A DNA stretch of 64,000 nucleotides, taken from positions 153,600 through 217,599 of the forward strand of contig JAZDHZ010000033.1 in assembly GCA_043805415.1 (NCBI GenBank). Reading direction: 5' to 3'. The notes beneath the pieces were generated by a model. That model did not search any database, had not been told where the DNA came from, and saw only the letters and a program-made list of their open reading frames with translations. Shown in pieces: positions 10,662 to 20,732 of this stretch. The DNA comes from Candidatus Omnitrophota bacterium. GTDB taxonomy: Bacteria; Omnitrophota; Gorgyraeia; B26-G9. Numbering within the stretch: position 1 is the stretch's first letter; each line of letters begins with the position of its first letter. Position numbers and translations under genes: made by a program.

Positions 10662-10738
10662 GGGCCCATAGCTCAGTTGGTTAGAGCAGGAGACTCATAA
10701 TCTCTTGGTCCGAGGTTCGAGTCCTCGTGGGCCCACCA
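10662..10738 (+). tRNA. tRNA-Met elongator or tRNA-Ile2 (anticodon CAT)
   Basis: Acceptor GGGCCCA/TGGGCCC (G1-C72 paired, so not initiator), anticodon loop CTCATAA, encoded CCA. Confidence 0.85.
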
Positions 10739-10935
10739 GTAAAAACTGGCAAAAGGCTTGGAATCAGCAAAACATACTAACTCTGGCTTTTTCTGATGAT
10801 TTGAGTAGCGTTTTGATCATTAATCAGGATAGAATCTGTCGGAAGTTAATCATCTGCGCTCGCCATCAAAAAAAGATAATTGATATCCTGTTTTAATGTG
10901 CGTTGTTTGTTCTTCAACCAAGAAAGATTTTTATT

Positions 10936-11643
10936 ATGAAAGCAATAGAAATACTTAAAGAACTACAAAAGATTGATTCCCAGGTTTTTAAAACTAAAGA
11001 AGCGCTGGAAGATAAACCAAGGCAAATAGCTATTTTAGAAGAAGAATTTGCCGAACGTTCCAGCTTATTAAAGCGATTAGAAGACGAATTAAAAAAAGTG
11101 CAGATTGGACATAAAGAGAAAGATCTTGAACTTCAGTCGAAGGAAGCATCAGTAGATAAACACAAAAACCAGTTGTCTCAAATTAAAACAAATAAAGAAT
11201 ACAATGCTTTGCAAGTAGAGATTGAAAAAATGAAGGCGGATAATTCTCTGTTGGAAGAGCAGATAATTATGCTGCTGGATAAAATAGATACATTAAAAGC
11301 TTCGATTAATAAAGAAAAAGAACTTTTGGCTCAGGAAGAAAAAAAGTTAAAGACTGCTAAGGCAGCGGTTGAACTTGAGATTAGAGAATTGCAAGAAACA
11401 ATTAACAAATTAAATCTTCAAAGAAAAATAGCGATTACTGCGGATTTAAAACCAGAAGTTTTAGATTTGTATGAGCGGATTAGAGAAAATAGAGGTGAAA
11501 TAGCAATTGTCCCTGTTCGAGATGGTTCTTGCTCAGGCTGTTTTATGAACTTAAGGGCTCAAGTGCTTAATGAATTGAGCTTGGGTAAACTTCTTACTTG
11601 TGATACTTGTTCGAGAATATTATATGTCGAATCTGAAAATTAA
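10936..11643 (+). CDS. coiled-coil protein with C-terminal C4 zinc ribbon (DUF164/COG1579 family)
   Basis: Long heptad-rich region then CSGCFMNL...CDTCSRILY; ORF could start at TTG 10903. Confidence 0.6.
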   Translation: MKAIEILKELQKIDSQVFKTKEALEDKPRQIAILEEEFAERSSLLKRLEDELKKVQIGHKEKDLELQSKEASVDKHKNQLSQIKTNKEYNALQVEIEKMKADNSLLEEQIIMLLDKIDTLKASINKEKELLAQEEKKLKTAKAAVELEIRELQETINKLNLQRKIAITADLKPEVLDLYERIRENRGEIAIVPVRDGSCSGCFMNLRAQVLNELSLGKLLTCDTCSRILYVESEN

Positions 11644-12088
11644 ACAAACTGCGGTTACGGTTCATGTTGACGGCGCTTGTTCCGGAAATCCAGGCGATAC
11701 AGGACTGGGTATAGTTATTGAAAATAAGGATACTGGTTTTAAAGAAAATATTTCTCAGTATGCTGGGGTGGGAACAAATAATTATGCCGAATATCAAGCT
11801 TTAATTGTTGCGCTTGAAAGAATTCTTGAGCTGGGGATTGCAAACGTGCAAATTAAAAGTGATAGTGAACTTTTAGTTAAGCAGCTTAAAGGTATTTACA
11901 AAGTAAAAAAAGAACATCTTAAAGTGTTATATGATAAAACGCTATTACTGGCAAGTAAACTCGCTGTTTTTGAAATAGAACATGTGCGCAGAGAGTTTAA
12001 CGCGGAAGCAGATTTATTGGCAAAAAAAGCCATAACAGAATATCGGAGAACAAACCGGATGGTCGCTGCCCAGCAAAAAGCTGTGTAG
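11624..12088 (+). CDS. rnhA: ribonuclease HI
   Basis: VHVDGACSGNPG...NNYAEYQALIVAL...DSELLVKQL RNase H fold motifs; 3' end overlaps rnpB. Confidence 0.8.
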   Translation: MSNLKIKQTAVTVHVDGACSGNPGDTGLGIVIENKDTGFKENISQYAGVGTNNYAEYQALIVALERILELGIANVQIKSDSELLVKQLKGIYKVKKEHLKVLYDKTLLLASKLAVFEIEHVRREFNAEADLLAKKAITEYRRTNRMVAAQQKAV

Positions 12089-12366
12089 AGGAAAGTCCGA
12101 GCTCCATAGGACAGCGCAGTGGGTAATACCCACCCTTACATACTTTTGTATGTGGGCGGATTAGAGCAGCAGTGACGATGCCCCTTTTTTGGGGAGTGAA
12201 ACGTGGCAATCTCTGCGCGGAGCAAGACCAAATAGGAGGAGGGCTGTCCGCCTGTTATTTCTCGGGTTAGGTCGCAAGGATCCTGTAGAGTAATTTACAG
12301 GACAAGATGAATGATCATCGTCTCGTTTTACGAGATACAGAACTCGGCTTATAGGTTTGTTCTCTC
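12046..12366 (+). ncRNA. rnpB: RNase P RNA (bacterial type A, compact)
   Basis: AGGAAAGTCCGAGCTCCATAGG (P4 5'), AGCAAGACCAAATAGG, GATGAATGATCATCG...ACAGAACTCGGCTTATAGG (P4 3'); P1 pairing GAGAACAAACC/GGTTTGTTCTC. Confidence 0.85.
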
Positions 12367-12386
12367 TACTTTAGTATATTTCTATT

Positions 12387-13481
12387 ATGAAAAAAAATTC
12401 CCTTTGGAAGAAACTAGCAGTATTTTTATTCTCCATTTTTTTAATGGTTTTATTTTTGGAGAAAATCGCTAAATTTAAAGAAAATAAATTTTGTTTTGAT
12501 ACTCGTGTCTATGTGCAAACAGCTAAACCTAATCTGCATAGAATCTCAAATATTCCCGGCTTATCTTATGAATTAATTCCCAATGCGGCAACCGAGGATG
12601 GGTTTTTTAAAATAAATTCTCATGGCATAAGAGATAGGGAATATGCAATACCTAAACCAAAAAATGTTTATCGGATCATTATTTTAGGGGATTCAGTTAC
12701 TTTTGGAACAGAGTATCCTATTGAGCTCACATATCCCAAATTGCTTGAAAAAAAACTTAACAGTAATCTAGGCTCTGAAGTTAAATTTGAAGTACTTAAT
12801 GCCGGGGTTTGCGCGTATAATGTTATTCAAAAATTTATTTTGCTAAAGAATAAGCTGCTTGATTATCAGCCGGATCTAGTTATTTTTCAGTTTATAAAAG
12901 ATGATTATTATCGCAATGCAGTTATTTTGCCTGGTTGTCCTAATCAAGATAACCATATTTTTATAAATATGGGCGAATATTTTGCCTTAAATTTTCCTAG
13001 AATAATTCCTCTGCCTGAAAATATTGATAAATCACTAAAAAACCATTCGGCTGTTTATCGGTTTATTAATAAAAGTATTTATGACTGGCTGAGCTTGAAA
13101 AATCCTGATAAATATATTCCCCAGGGGTACAGATATGCTGCTTTGGGTGATTTGTCAGAATCAATGAAAGAAAATAAAAAAGTGTTTCAGGATTTTAAGA
13201 GTTTGTCTGAGGCTGAGAATTTTCAGTTTGTGCTTATGCTTGTGCCAGAATTGAAAAATACTGATAGTATGGATGGGTGGATAAGAAAGTCTGGACCTGA
13301 AAAATTTAATTTTAAAACCCTGGATTTATTTGATCAATTTATGTTTATGGGGGTAGATTTAGTTAGTTTACGAATTATTCCTCAGGGGATATGTCATTTT
13401 AACCAAATCGGTCATCAGCTTAACTCTGAAATTTTGTATTCTTGGCTAAGCGCAAATGTAGAGTTAAGGCCGGCGAGATAA
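12387..13481 (+). CDS. membrane-anchored SGNH/GDSL-family hydrolase
   Basis: N-terminal TM helix; IILGDSVTFG (GDS block I); C-terminal H-containing block. Confidence 0.5.
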   Translation: MKKNSLWKKLAVFLFSIFLMVLFLEKIAKFKENKFCFDTRVYVQTAKPNLHRISNIPGLSYELIPNAATEDGFFKINSHGIRDREYAIPKPKNVYRIIILGDSVTFGTEYPIELTYPKLLEKKLNSNLGSEVKFEVLNAGVCAYNVIQKFILLKNKLLDYQPDLVIFQFIKDDYYRNAVILPGCPNQDNHIFINMGEYFALNFPRIIPLPENIDKSLKNHSAVYRFINKSIYDWLSLKNPDKYIPQGYRYAALGDLSESMKENKKVFQDFKSLSEAENFQFVLMLVPELKNTDSMDGWIRKSGPEKFNFKTLDLFDQFMFMGVDLVSLRIIPQGICHFNQIGHQLNSEILYSWLSANVELRPAR

Positions 13482-13529
13482 GGGGCAGAAGCTGTTTATA
13501 GAGAATTTAATATTTAAATTTAATTTTTT

Positions 13530-13559
13530 ATTGACATAACCTATGTAAAAACAATATAA
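13530..13559 (+). promoter_or_regulatory. candidate promoter TTGACA-N17/18-ATATAAT for the efflux operon
   Basis: TTGACATAACC...AACAATATAATAACAATATAAT read upstream of 13623. Confidence 0.4.
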
Positions 13560-13622
13560 TAACAATATAATAACACCATAAAGAATTATATTATTAGAGG
13601 ATGATTATCTTGGCAAAAGGAA

Positions 13623-15764
13623 TTGCGTAAGATGCTGCGAATTAACTATCAAAAAACCGCTTTATGTACTATTTTCATTAATTTTTGTCTCTTATTGTTT
13701 ACTTTCTGTTGTTTTGCTGCTGAACCTGCTTCATTAAAAATCTTAAATATTGATAAAAAAGATTATGGCATTGTGCTTAATATCGAGCATTCGCATCCTC
13801 CTGTTTTGTTTACAGTTGATGAGAGCGAGCGGCCTTACCGTCTGACGATTAATATTATTGGATCAATAGTTACTTTTAAGCAATATGAAAATATTCCGAT
13901 AGAGATACCAGTTAGGTATATGGGGATTAATCGGATTATTGTTGCGGAAAAAATAAACTATAATATGAGCCCTAAAGAGTCAGTAAGCATTACTCTTGAT
14001 CTAGACAGAGAGTTTAAATATGATATTGATTCTCAGTTTAACGGACAATATATTAATCTTAAAGTTTTACCTAATGCCGCGCCTGCACCAAAAGAAAGTT
14101 TAGCTACACGAGAAAAAGAATTAGAACCTTCTGAAAAAATAAAAATCGTAAAAGCCTCTAAAGATTTTGAAACAAAAAAAGCCAGAGAAAAACTGGAAGA
14201 GTTTACTCAGAAAAAAAGAATTGAGCTAATTAGAAAAGAAAGTAAAGAAAAGGTATCAATAGTAAGAGACAGAGCTAAAGAGCGGGTTGAGTCAGGGACA
14301 ACTATCAAAGAGGCTCAGCAGAAATTGCAAGCCCAAGCTGAATTAAGCACTTTGCCCGCGGCAAGAGACCAGCTGGCTGAAACAAATCTTTATCAAGATA
14401 TCAATATGCCTTCTCAGCTAAAACCAATGCTGCGTAGAAGTACCGGTACTAGTGTGACAAGTTATCAAGATTGTATTAATATCGCTCTTGCTGCCCACCT
14501 ACCTATCCAAATTGCCCAAGAACAGGAAAAACTGGCCAAACTGCGTGTTCGTGAAGCTAGGCGTGCTTTTTATCCGGCATTTCTCGGCGAGTGGAATGAA
14601 TCTGATGGTAACACTGTTACAGAGCCTTACCGAGGTCGTTCTTATGGGTTTCAGGCAGAACAGCAGATTTTTACTGGTGGGAAATTAATGTCAACTTTAC
14701 GAAAAGAGCAATTAGGTTTAACGATTTCAAAAGGTAATTCTGATCGAATTAAACAGGATTTAATGTTTCAAGTAAGCAAGGCGTATTATGAATTGGTATT
14801 GGCTAAGATAACTTGCGATATGATGATTCGGCTAAAAGATGAAACAAGCAAAATTTTAGAGCGGGTTGAGGCTGAGTTTGCGATTCAGTCTGCTACTCCA
14901 GCTGAATTATTAGGTGCTCAGGCTTCGTTTAATCGGGTTTGTTATCAAGTAGCTAATGCTGATCGAGGTTTGGCCATGGCAAAGCTTGCTTTGGAAAAAG
15001 AGATGTTTACTGAAGAACTTAATGTTGATCAGCTTGACTATCATTTGGGAAGAAATAAAATTGATGTTAATTTAGACGAATGTTTAGAGCTAGCGTTTAG
15101 ACATAGACCGGAAATTAAGGTATTGGAACAAACCATGCAAGCGGCTAAATATAGTCAAGATATAATTAAAAGCGAAGAGCTTCCCAATGTTTCTTTAGTT
15201 GGTTCTTATGGGAGAAGCGGTGAATCTTTTAGCCAGAGAGATTTAAATCTTGCTACGGAGTGGAGCCTTATGGGTAAAGTTAAATGGTTTTTAGGCGGGA
15301 ATACAGTTGAAACATATTATAAAAAAGATAAAGTTAGCCCTTTTAAAATAACTAAAACAGATACTAATGTGGATTCGCAGGCTTTAAATGCTAAATTTTC
15401 TTTTTGGGACAATTTGGCGCATTTCTCGCAAAAGAAAGAAGCGCAAATTACCCGTAAACAAGCTTTAAAAGATTATGAAGAGATGAAGAATAAGATTCGG
15501 CAAGAGACTGAAGATTCATATTATTCTTATCAAAAATATAGTGTGCAATTATCTTTGGCAATTAATGAAATCGGATATCGCCGGAAGCAACTGGAAATAG
15601 CAAAAACCAGAAAAGGAATGAACGAAGCAAGTGGAGGAGATGTTATTGATGCCGAAACTCAGCTGGTAGACGCGAATTCGAATATGCAGCAGGCATTGGC
15701 TGGAATCAATTTGTCCATAGCTAGTTTAAACCGGGCTATAGGCGTGATAAATTATTTCCACTAA
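13623..15764 (+). CDS. TolC-family outer membrane efflux protein with ~280-aa N-terminal extension (AMIN-like beta domain plus K/E-rich linker)
   Basis: C-terminal ~430 aa is typical OMF two-repeat domain; N-terminus has signal/TM plus RLTINIIG...ITLDLD AMIN-like pattern. Confidence 0.75.
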   Translation: MRKMLRINYQKTALCTIFINFCLLLFTFCCFAAEPASLKILNIDKKDYGIVLNIEHSHPPVLFTVDESERPYRLTINIIGSIVTFKQYENIPIEIPVRYMGINRIIVAEKINYNMSPKESVSITLDLDREFKYDIDSQFNGQYINLKVLPNAAPAPKESLATREKELEPSEKIKIVKASKDFETKKAREKLEEFTQKKRIELIRKESKEKVSIVRDRAKERVESGTTIKEAQQKLQAQAELSTLPAARDQLAETNLYQDINMPSQLKPMLRRSTGTSVTSYQDCINIALAAHLPIQIAQEQEKLAKLRVREARRAFYPAFLGEWNESDGNTVTEPYRGRSYGFQAEQQIFTGGKLMSTLRKEQLGLTISKGNSDRIKQDLMFQVSKAYYELVLAKITCDMMIRLKDETSKILERVEAEFAIQSATPAELLGAQASFNRVCYQVANADRGLAMAKLALEKEMFTEELNVDQLDYHLGRNKIDVNLDECLELAFRHRPEIKVLEQTMQAAKYSQDIIKSEELPNVSLVGSYGRSGESFSQRDLNLATEWSLMGKVKWFLGGNTVETYYKKDKVSPFKITKTDTNVDSQALNAKFSFWDNLAHFSQKKEAQITRKQALKDYEEMKNKIRQETEDSYYSYQKYSVQLSLAINEIGYRRKQLEIAKTRKGMNEASGGDVIDAETQLVDANSNMQQALAGINLSIASLNRAIGVINYFH

Positions 15765-15821
15765 TTTTTAGTAGGAAGTTTTTAATTTAAGTTCATCATA
15801 AGCTTTTTAGGAGGTACGTAA

Positions 15822-17000
15822 ATGAGAAAATCCACATTCATTTTTATCGCGGTACTAATAATTATAATCGGAATTGTTTGGTGGGGTATTGAAAAAGGCG
15901 GTTGGATAAGTAAGGACAAAGTCGAGGAAGATGAGATAAGAAGGGAAATGTCATTTGATAAAGAAGGCGAAAGCCAAAGATCTCCGATGAAACGCGGTTT
16001 GTCGATAAAGGTCTATAAAATTTCCCGTTCTACATTTGAAGATGTTTTGCCCACAATGGGCTCGATAAAAGCCCTAATAACAACTAAACTTAATTTTGAG
16101 GTTCCCGGGCTGGTTGAATTGATAAATTTTCGGGAAGGAGATTTGGTCAAAGAAGGACAGTTGATCTCCAGATTAAAACAAAACGAGGCATTACTAAAAA
16201 TTGATTATAATCGAGCCAAACTAAAATCAGCTATGGTTAGTTTATCGCAAGTAGAAAAAAAAGTTCAATTACATCAACAGTTATTTGAAATTGGTGCCAT
16301 AAATCGACTGAAACTTTCAGAGGTTGAAGCAGAAGCAGGAACCGCTAAACATCAGGTAGAAGCTTCTCAGGTTGAGATTGATTCAGCTAAACAGGAATTA
16401 AAGAAAACTGAAATGTATGCTCCTATAGATTGTATTATTGGCGAGCGCAATATAGAAGTGGGGGAATTGGTTTCTCCGTATACGCCTAAAGCAATACAAG
16501 TTCTTGATCTTAACACGGTTTATGCTGAAATCGGAGTTGTGGAGAGAGATGTTACAAAAATAAAAATTGGTCAACTGGCTAGAGTATATGTAGACGCGTA
16601 TCCGGATCTGCCTTTTGACGGAATTATTGATAATATCTATCCGGCGCTATCGGATAAGACAAGAACTTTGCCGGTTGAGATAAAGATCGATAACTCACGC
16701 CGAATTCTTATGCCTGGCATGTTTACGCGCGCTGATATAATTCTCTACGAAAAACCAGGGGTAATTAGTATTCCTAGAATTGCTTTAAAAAAGATGCAGG
16801 ATGCTTCTTTAGTATATATTATTGATGAAGCGACGAATTCAGCCCAGGAACGTTTAGTGGAAACGGGTTATGAATCAACAGATTATATTGAAATCATCAG
16901 AGGTTTAAAGGAAGGAGATCTGGTAGCAATTTCGAATGTTGAACAATTAACTTCCGGAACTCCGGTTCAAATCACAGAAATTAAAGTTCGTGAAATGTGA
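15822..17000 (+). CDS. RND efflux periplasmic adaptor (membrane fusion protein, HlyD family)
   Basis: N-terminal TM, coiled-coil hairpin, beta-barrel/lipoyl motifs typical of MFP; AGGAGG RBS. Confidence 0.8.
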   Translation: MRKSTFIFIAVLIIIIGIVWWGIEKGGWISKDKVEEDEIRREMSFDKEGESQRSPMKRGLSIKVYKISRSTFEDVLPTMGSIKALITTKLNFEVPGLVELINFREGDLVKEGQLISRLKQNEALLKIDYNRAKLKSAMVSLSQVEKKVQLHQQLFEIGAINRLKLSEVEAEAGTAKHQVEASQVEIDSAKQELKKTEMYAPIDCIIGERNIEVGELVSPYTPKAIQVLDLNTVYAEIGVVERDVTKIKIGQLARVYVDAYPDLPFDGIIDNIYPALSDKTRTLPVEIKIDNSRRILMPGMFTRADIILYEKPGVISIPRIALKKMQDASLVYIIDEATNSAQERLVETGYESTDYIEIIRGLKEGDLVAISNVEQLTSGTPVQITEIKVREM

Positions 17001-17071
17001 TTATTAACTATAACTTAAGAGAAAATCGCGCAAAATTTCGAGTTTTCTGTCCAAAAAATAAAGAATAAATT

Positions 17072-20000
17072 ATGAGTCTTCCGGAAATTTCAGTTAAAAA
17101 GCCAGTAACAGTATTGATGTTTACTGCCGGGGTTATTCTCCTGGGAGTAATCTCCTGGAGCCGTCTTTCACAGGAGCTTTTTCCTCCGATTACATATCCT
17201 CAGATAACTGTAGTTACTTCTTATGAAAACGCGGCTCCCGAGGAAATAGAAGCCTTAATTACCCGTCCCATAGAAGAATCAGTTAGTGCCGCGGCTAATA
17301 TTCGCAAAGTTAGTTCAACATCAAGAGAAGGAACTAGTATTGTTATTTGTGAATTTAATTGGAATACTAATATGGATTTTGCTGGTTTAAATGTTCGCGA
17401 GAAGGTTGATCTGATTAAAGAAAAACTTCCGCGGGATTCTGAAGAACCGATAGTAATGAAATTTAATCCTTTCGATACTCCAATCATGATATTAAGCGTT
17501 ACTAGTCAGGGTGAAGTATTATCTCCTTATGAATTACGCGAAATCTCGCGCCGGGTTATCAAGGATGAAATCGAAAAAATTGATGGAGTTGCGCAAGTCG
17601 TAATGACCGGCGGCAGAGAAAGAGAGATTCTTGTAGAACTTAATCAGCAGCGTCTGCGCGCGTTTAATGTCTCGATAATGGATGTTATTGAATTAATCAA
17701 ACAGGCTAATTTAAATTACCCCGCGGGAACAATTGAAACAAGTTTTTATGAATATTTGATTAGAACAATTGGTGAATTCACAAAAGTTAGTGAAATGTAT
17801 AAAGTGCCTTTGCTTATTGAGGATAAAACTGATAAGGAGGAGCAGCGTAATCCGGAACAAATAACCGCGGAAGAAAAAGAAAGACAAAAAAGGGTTATTT
17901 ACCTGCGACAATTAGGGGAAGTTAAAGATACTTTAAAAGAGCAGGACAGTATTTCTCGTTATAATGGTTCGGACAATATTTCTTTAAGTGTACAAAAACA
18001 AGCTGATTCTAATACCCTCGCTGTTAATACGAAAATATATGAAAAATTAGAGCTATTAAAACAGACTTTGCCGGATGAGGTCAAAATAAAAGTTGTTTAT
18101 GACCAGTCAGTGTTTATTAGCCAATCAATCAATGAATTACGGGATAATGCTTTGCAAGGCGGAATTCTCGCGTTTTTTATTTTACTGATTTTTTTAAGAA
18201 ATATTCGCAGCGCGGTAGTTGTTACCTTAGGTATTCCGATCGCGATTCTTTTTACTTTTATTTTAATGTTTTTTAATAAGCTATCCTTAAATATGATGTC
18301 CTTAGGAGGTCTGGCTCTGGGAGTCGGGATGCTTGTTGATAATGGGATTGTGGTTATTGAAAATATTTATCGGCATCATCAAATGAAAAAAGATGCTAAA
18401 ACCGCGGCCATGGAAGCCTCTAATGAAGTTTTTAGCGCGGTCATCGGGTCTACCTTAACAACAGTTGCCGTATTTTTGCCATTAGTTTTTGTTGTGGGAA
18501 TCGCCGGACAGTTATTTAAAGAACTGGCGTTAACCGTAACTTTTTCTTTGGTCGCGTCGGTAATAACTGCTATGAGTTTGACGCCGATGTTTATGTCCCG
18601 GGGTAAAATAGGGAAAATATCATTGGGGACTGATGAAAACAAGATTATTGAAATGCAAAAGCTGAAAAGTGGAAAACAGTATAAAGGTATATTTCCGTAT
18701 CTAGTGGTTATAACTATAATTGTAGTTACACTTTTAGTGGCTTTGTTTAGTTTGAAAATTCTTTTTTCTCTAGACCGAGAATTTATGCCTAAATTGGACC
18801 AAAGGCAGTTTGTTGTGAAACTAACCATGCCGGCCGGTACTAATCTTAATGCAACGGATGCAGTAGTCCGGAGAGTAGAGGATACTGTACTGAGTTTTCA
18901 AGCAATTAAAGATGTTACTGTAAATATTGGTTCCAGCAAGGAGGCAAAAAAAACCGGTGCGGTAGAGGTGCTGGGAGCCAATCAAGCCAATATTATTGCT
19001 AACCTTAATTCTCGCCCTGATCGGGGAATAATGAGTATATTTAAACAGGAAAAAACAACTGATCAGGCTTCTAACATTGCCACAGCTGATTTGATTCAAC
19101 AGCTAAAAGCTAAACTGGAAACTGTTGATTTGCAGGATGCGCAACTTGAATATATATTACAGGAAAGTGTTTTTAAATCTGTTTTTGCCGGAAGTGCTCC
19201 TTTGGTAATTGTTCTCCGAGGATTTGACTTTGAGGGAATTCTTATCCCCACAGCTAAAGAAATTAAAAAACAGTTGGAAAAAATAGACGGGGTTTATGGG
19301 ATAAAAGACAGTTTAACTCCGCCCAGTCCAGAAATCAAAATCATTGTTAGAAAAGATAGGGCAGCTTTATATCAGCTTAGTGTAAACCAGATATCCTCGA
19401 TTGCTCAGGCAGCGATTCGGGGATATGTCGCGTCTAAATTTAAAGAAGAAGGCCGGGAAATAGATATTCGGGTTCGCTTAAGAAAAGATGATAGTAAGGA
19501 TTATAATAAAATTAGTAAATTGTTTGTATTTTCCCCTTTGGGAATAAATATTTTCTTAGAACAAGTAGCCTATTTAACTCAAGGGCTGGGACCTACTGAA
19601 ATTAAACGTGAAAGCAAACAAAGAGTAGTTTTTGTCAGCGCCAATATTTATAAGCGTGGGCTTAATGAGATTGTCAAAGATGTGGAAAAAATTATTGAAG
19701 ATATAAAGCTTGAACTGCCGGCTAATTATGCTATTGAACTTGGCGGAGAAAATAAAGAAATGGAAGAGTCTTTTAAGAGCATGCAATTCGCGCTTATTCT
19801 CGCGTTGCTGCTTGTTTATATGATTATGGCATCTGAATTTGAGTCGCTAATTCAGCCGTTTATTATTATGTGTACTGTCCCCTTATCATTAATTGGCGTA
19901 AGCTGGGTGCTTTATTTTACGCATACTCCGCTTAGTGTAGTTGTGGCTTTAGGGTTTATAATGCTCGGAGGAATTGTTGTTAATAATGGAATTCTTTTGA

Positions 20001-20731
20001 TTGATTTTATTAATATCGCCCGGAAACAGGGGTTAGGAATTTTTGAGGCCGCAATTCAGTCAAGTAAAGTTCGGGCGCGTCCAATACTGATGACTTCCCT
20101 GACAACAATTTTTGGTTTAATGCCTTTGGCATTTGCTTTGGGAGAAGGGTCTGAATTAAGAGCTCCTATGGCAAGAACTGTAATGGGTGGTTTAACAACC
20201 GCTGCTTTTTTAACCCTGTTTATCGTTCCGAGCATATACATTCTCTTGGAAACAATAAAAGAATGGTTTAATAGAATTTTTAAATCCGATTCGGAAGCTG
20301 ATGAAGAACAGATTCTTATCAAACCTAAAAATGTAATAATGGCGCAAATTGATCTTACCCACCTATCTCGAGCAAAAAATGAGCAGGTTGATGCTGAGCT
20401 AGAAGAGCAGGACAGCGTAAGAAGCAAAGTCCCTTATCCCGGAGAATCTGATTTTAACCAGGAATCAGATATAGAAGATAAGCCGGAAGATGAATCAACT
20501 GTCTCAGAAAGCGAGAAAGACCAAATCCAGCTAAATATTCGCCAGCAGCAGTTAGTTGATTTTGTGAAGGATTCCGGAAAAATTACTCGACTTGAATATG
20601 TAGTTAAATTCAAGGTGACATTGCCTGTTGCTGATAAAGAGCTGGGTGAATTAGTGGATATGAATATACTGGTTTCTTCTGGAGACGGTCCGCATAAGGT
20701 CTTTAGATTGAAAGAGGAGAATTTAGACTAG
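17072..20731 (+). CDS. RND efflux permease (AcrB/HAE1 family) with charged insert and ~190-aa acidic C-terminal tail
   Basis: MSLPEISVKKPVTVLMFTAGVILLG and 12-TM RND architecture; 1219 aa versus ~1040 typical. Confidence 0.85.
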   Translation: MSLPEISVKKPVTVLMFTAGVILLGVISWSRLSQELFPPITYPQITVVTSYENAAPEEIEALITRPIEESVSAAANIRKVSSTSREGTSIVICEFNWNTNMDFAGLNVREKVDLIKEKLPRDSEEPIVMKFNPFDTPIMILSVTSQGEVLSPYELREISRRVIKDEIEKIDGVAQVVMTGGREREILVELNQQRLRAFNVSIMDVIELIKQANLNYPAGTIETSFYEYLIRTIGEFTKVSEMYKVPLLIEDKTDKEEQRNPEQITAEEKERQKRVIYLRQLGEVKDTLKEQDSISRYNGSDNISLSVQKQADSNTLAVNTKIYEKLELLKQTLPDEVKIKVVYDQSVFISQSINELRDNALQGGILAFFILLIFLRNIRSAVVVTLGIPIAILFTFILMFFNKLSLNMMSLGGLALGVGMLVDNGIVVIENIYRHHQMKKDAKTAAMEASNEVFSAVIGSTLTTVAVFLPLVFVVGIAGQLFKELALTVTFSLVASVITAMSLTPMFMSRGKIGKISLGTDENKIIEMQKLKSGKQYKGIFPYLVVITIIVVTLLVALFSLKILFSLDREFMPKLDQRQFVVKLTMPAGTNLNATDAVVRRVEDTVLSFQAIKDVTVNIGSSKEAKKTGAVEVLGANQANIIANLNSRPDRGIMSIFKQEKTTDQASNIATADLIQQLKAKLETVDLQDAQLEYILQESVFKSVFAGSAPLVIVLRGFDFEGILIPTAKEIKKQLEKIDGVYGIKDSLTPPSPEIKIIVRKDRAALYQLSVNQISSIAQAAIRGYVASKFKEEGREIDIRVRLRKDDSKDYNKISKLFVFSPLGINIFLEQVAYLTQGLGPTEIKRESKQRVVFVSANIYKRGLNEIVKDVEKIIEDIKLELPANYAIELGGENKEMEESFKSMQFALILALLLVYMIMASEFESLIQPFIIMCTVPLSLIGVSWVLYFTHTPLSVVVALGFIMLGGIVVNNGILLIDFINIARKQGLGIFEAAIQSSKVRARPILMTSLTTIFGLMPLAFALGEGSELRAPMARTVMGGLTTAAFLTLFIVPSIYILLETIKEWFNRIFKSDSEADEEQILIKPKNVIMAQIDLTHLSRAKNEQVDAELEEQDSVRSKVPYPGESDFNQESDIEDKPEDESTVSESEKDQIQLNIRQQQLVDFVKDSGKITRLEYVVKFKVTLPVADKELGELVDMNILVSSGDGPHKVFRLKEENLD

Positions 20732-20732
20732 A

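Noticed and set aside
10705-10896. 63-aa plus-strand ORF downstream of the tRNA cluster
   Set aside because: Its 5' end overlaps the tRNA-Met/Ile2 gene (10662-10738). It has no RBS and biased composition, so it is likely spurious.
11997-12209. 70-aa minus-strand ORF
   Set aside because: It lies entirely within the RNase P RNA gene and rnhA 3' end on the opposite strand.
18379-19099. Minus-strand ORFs of 92-149 aa inside the first RND permease
   Set aside because: They are antisense to a well-supported membrane-protein gene; hydrophobic antisense frames commonly stay open in AT-rich genes.
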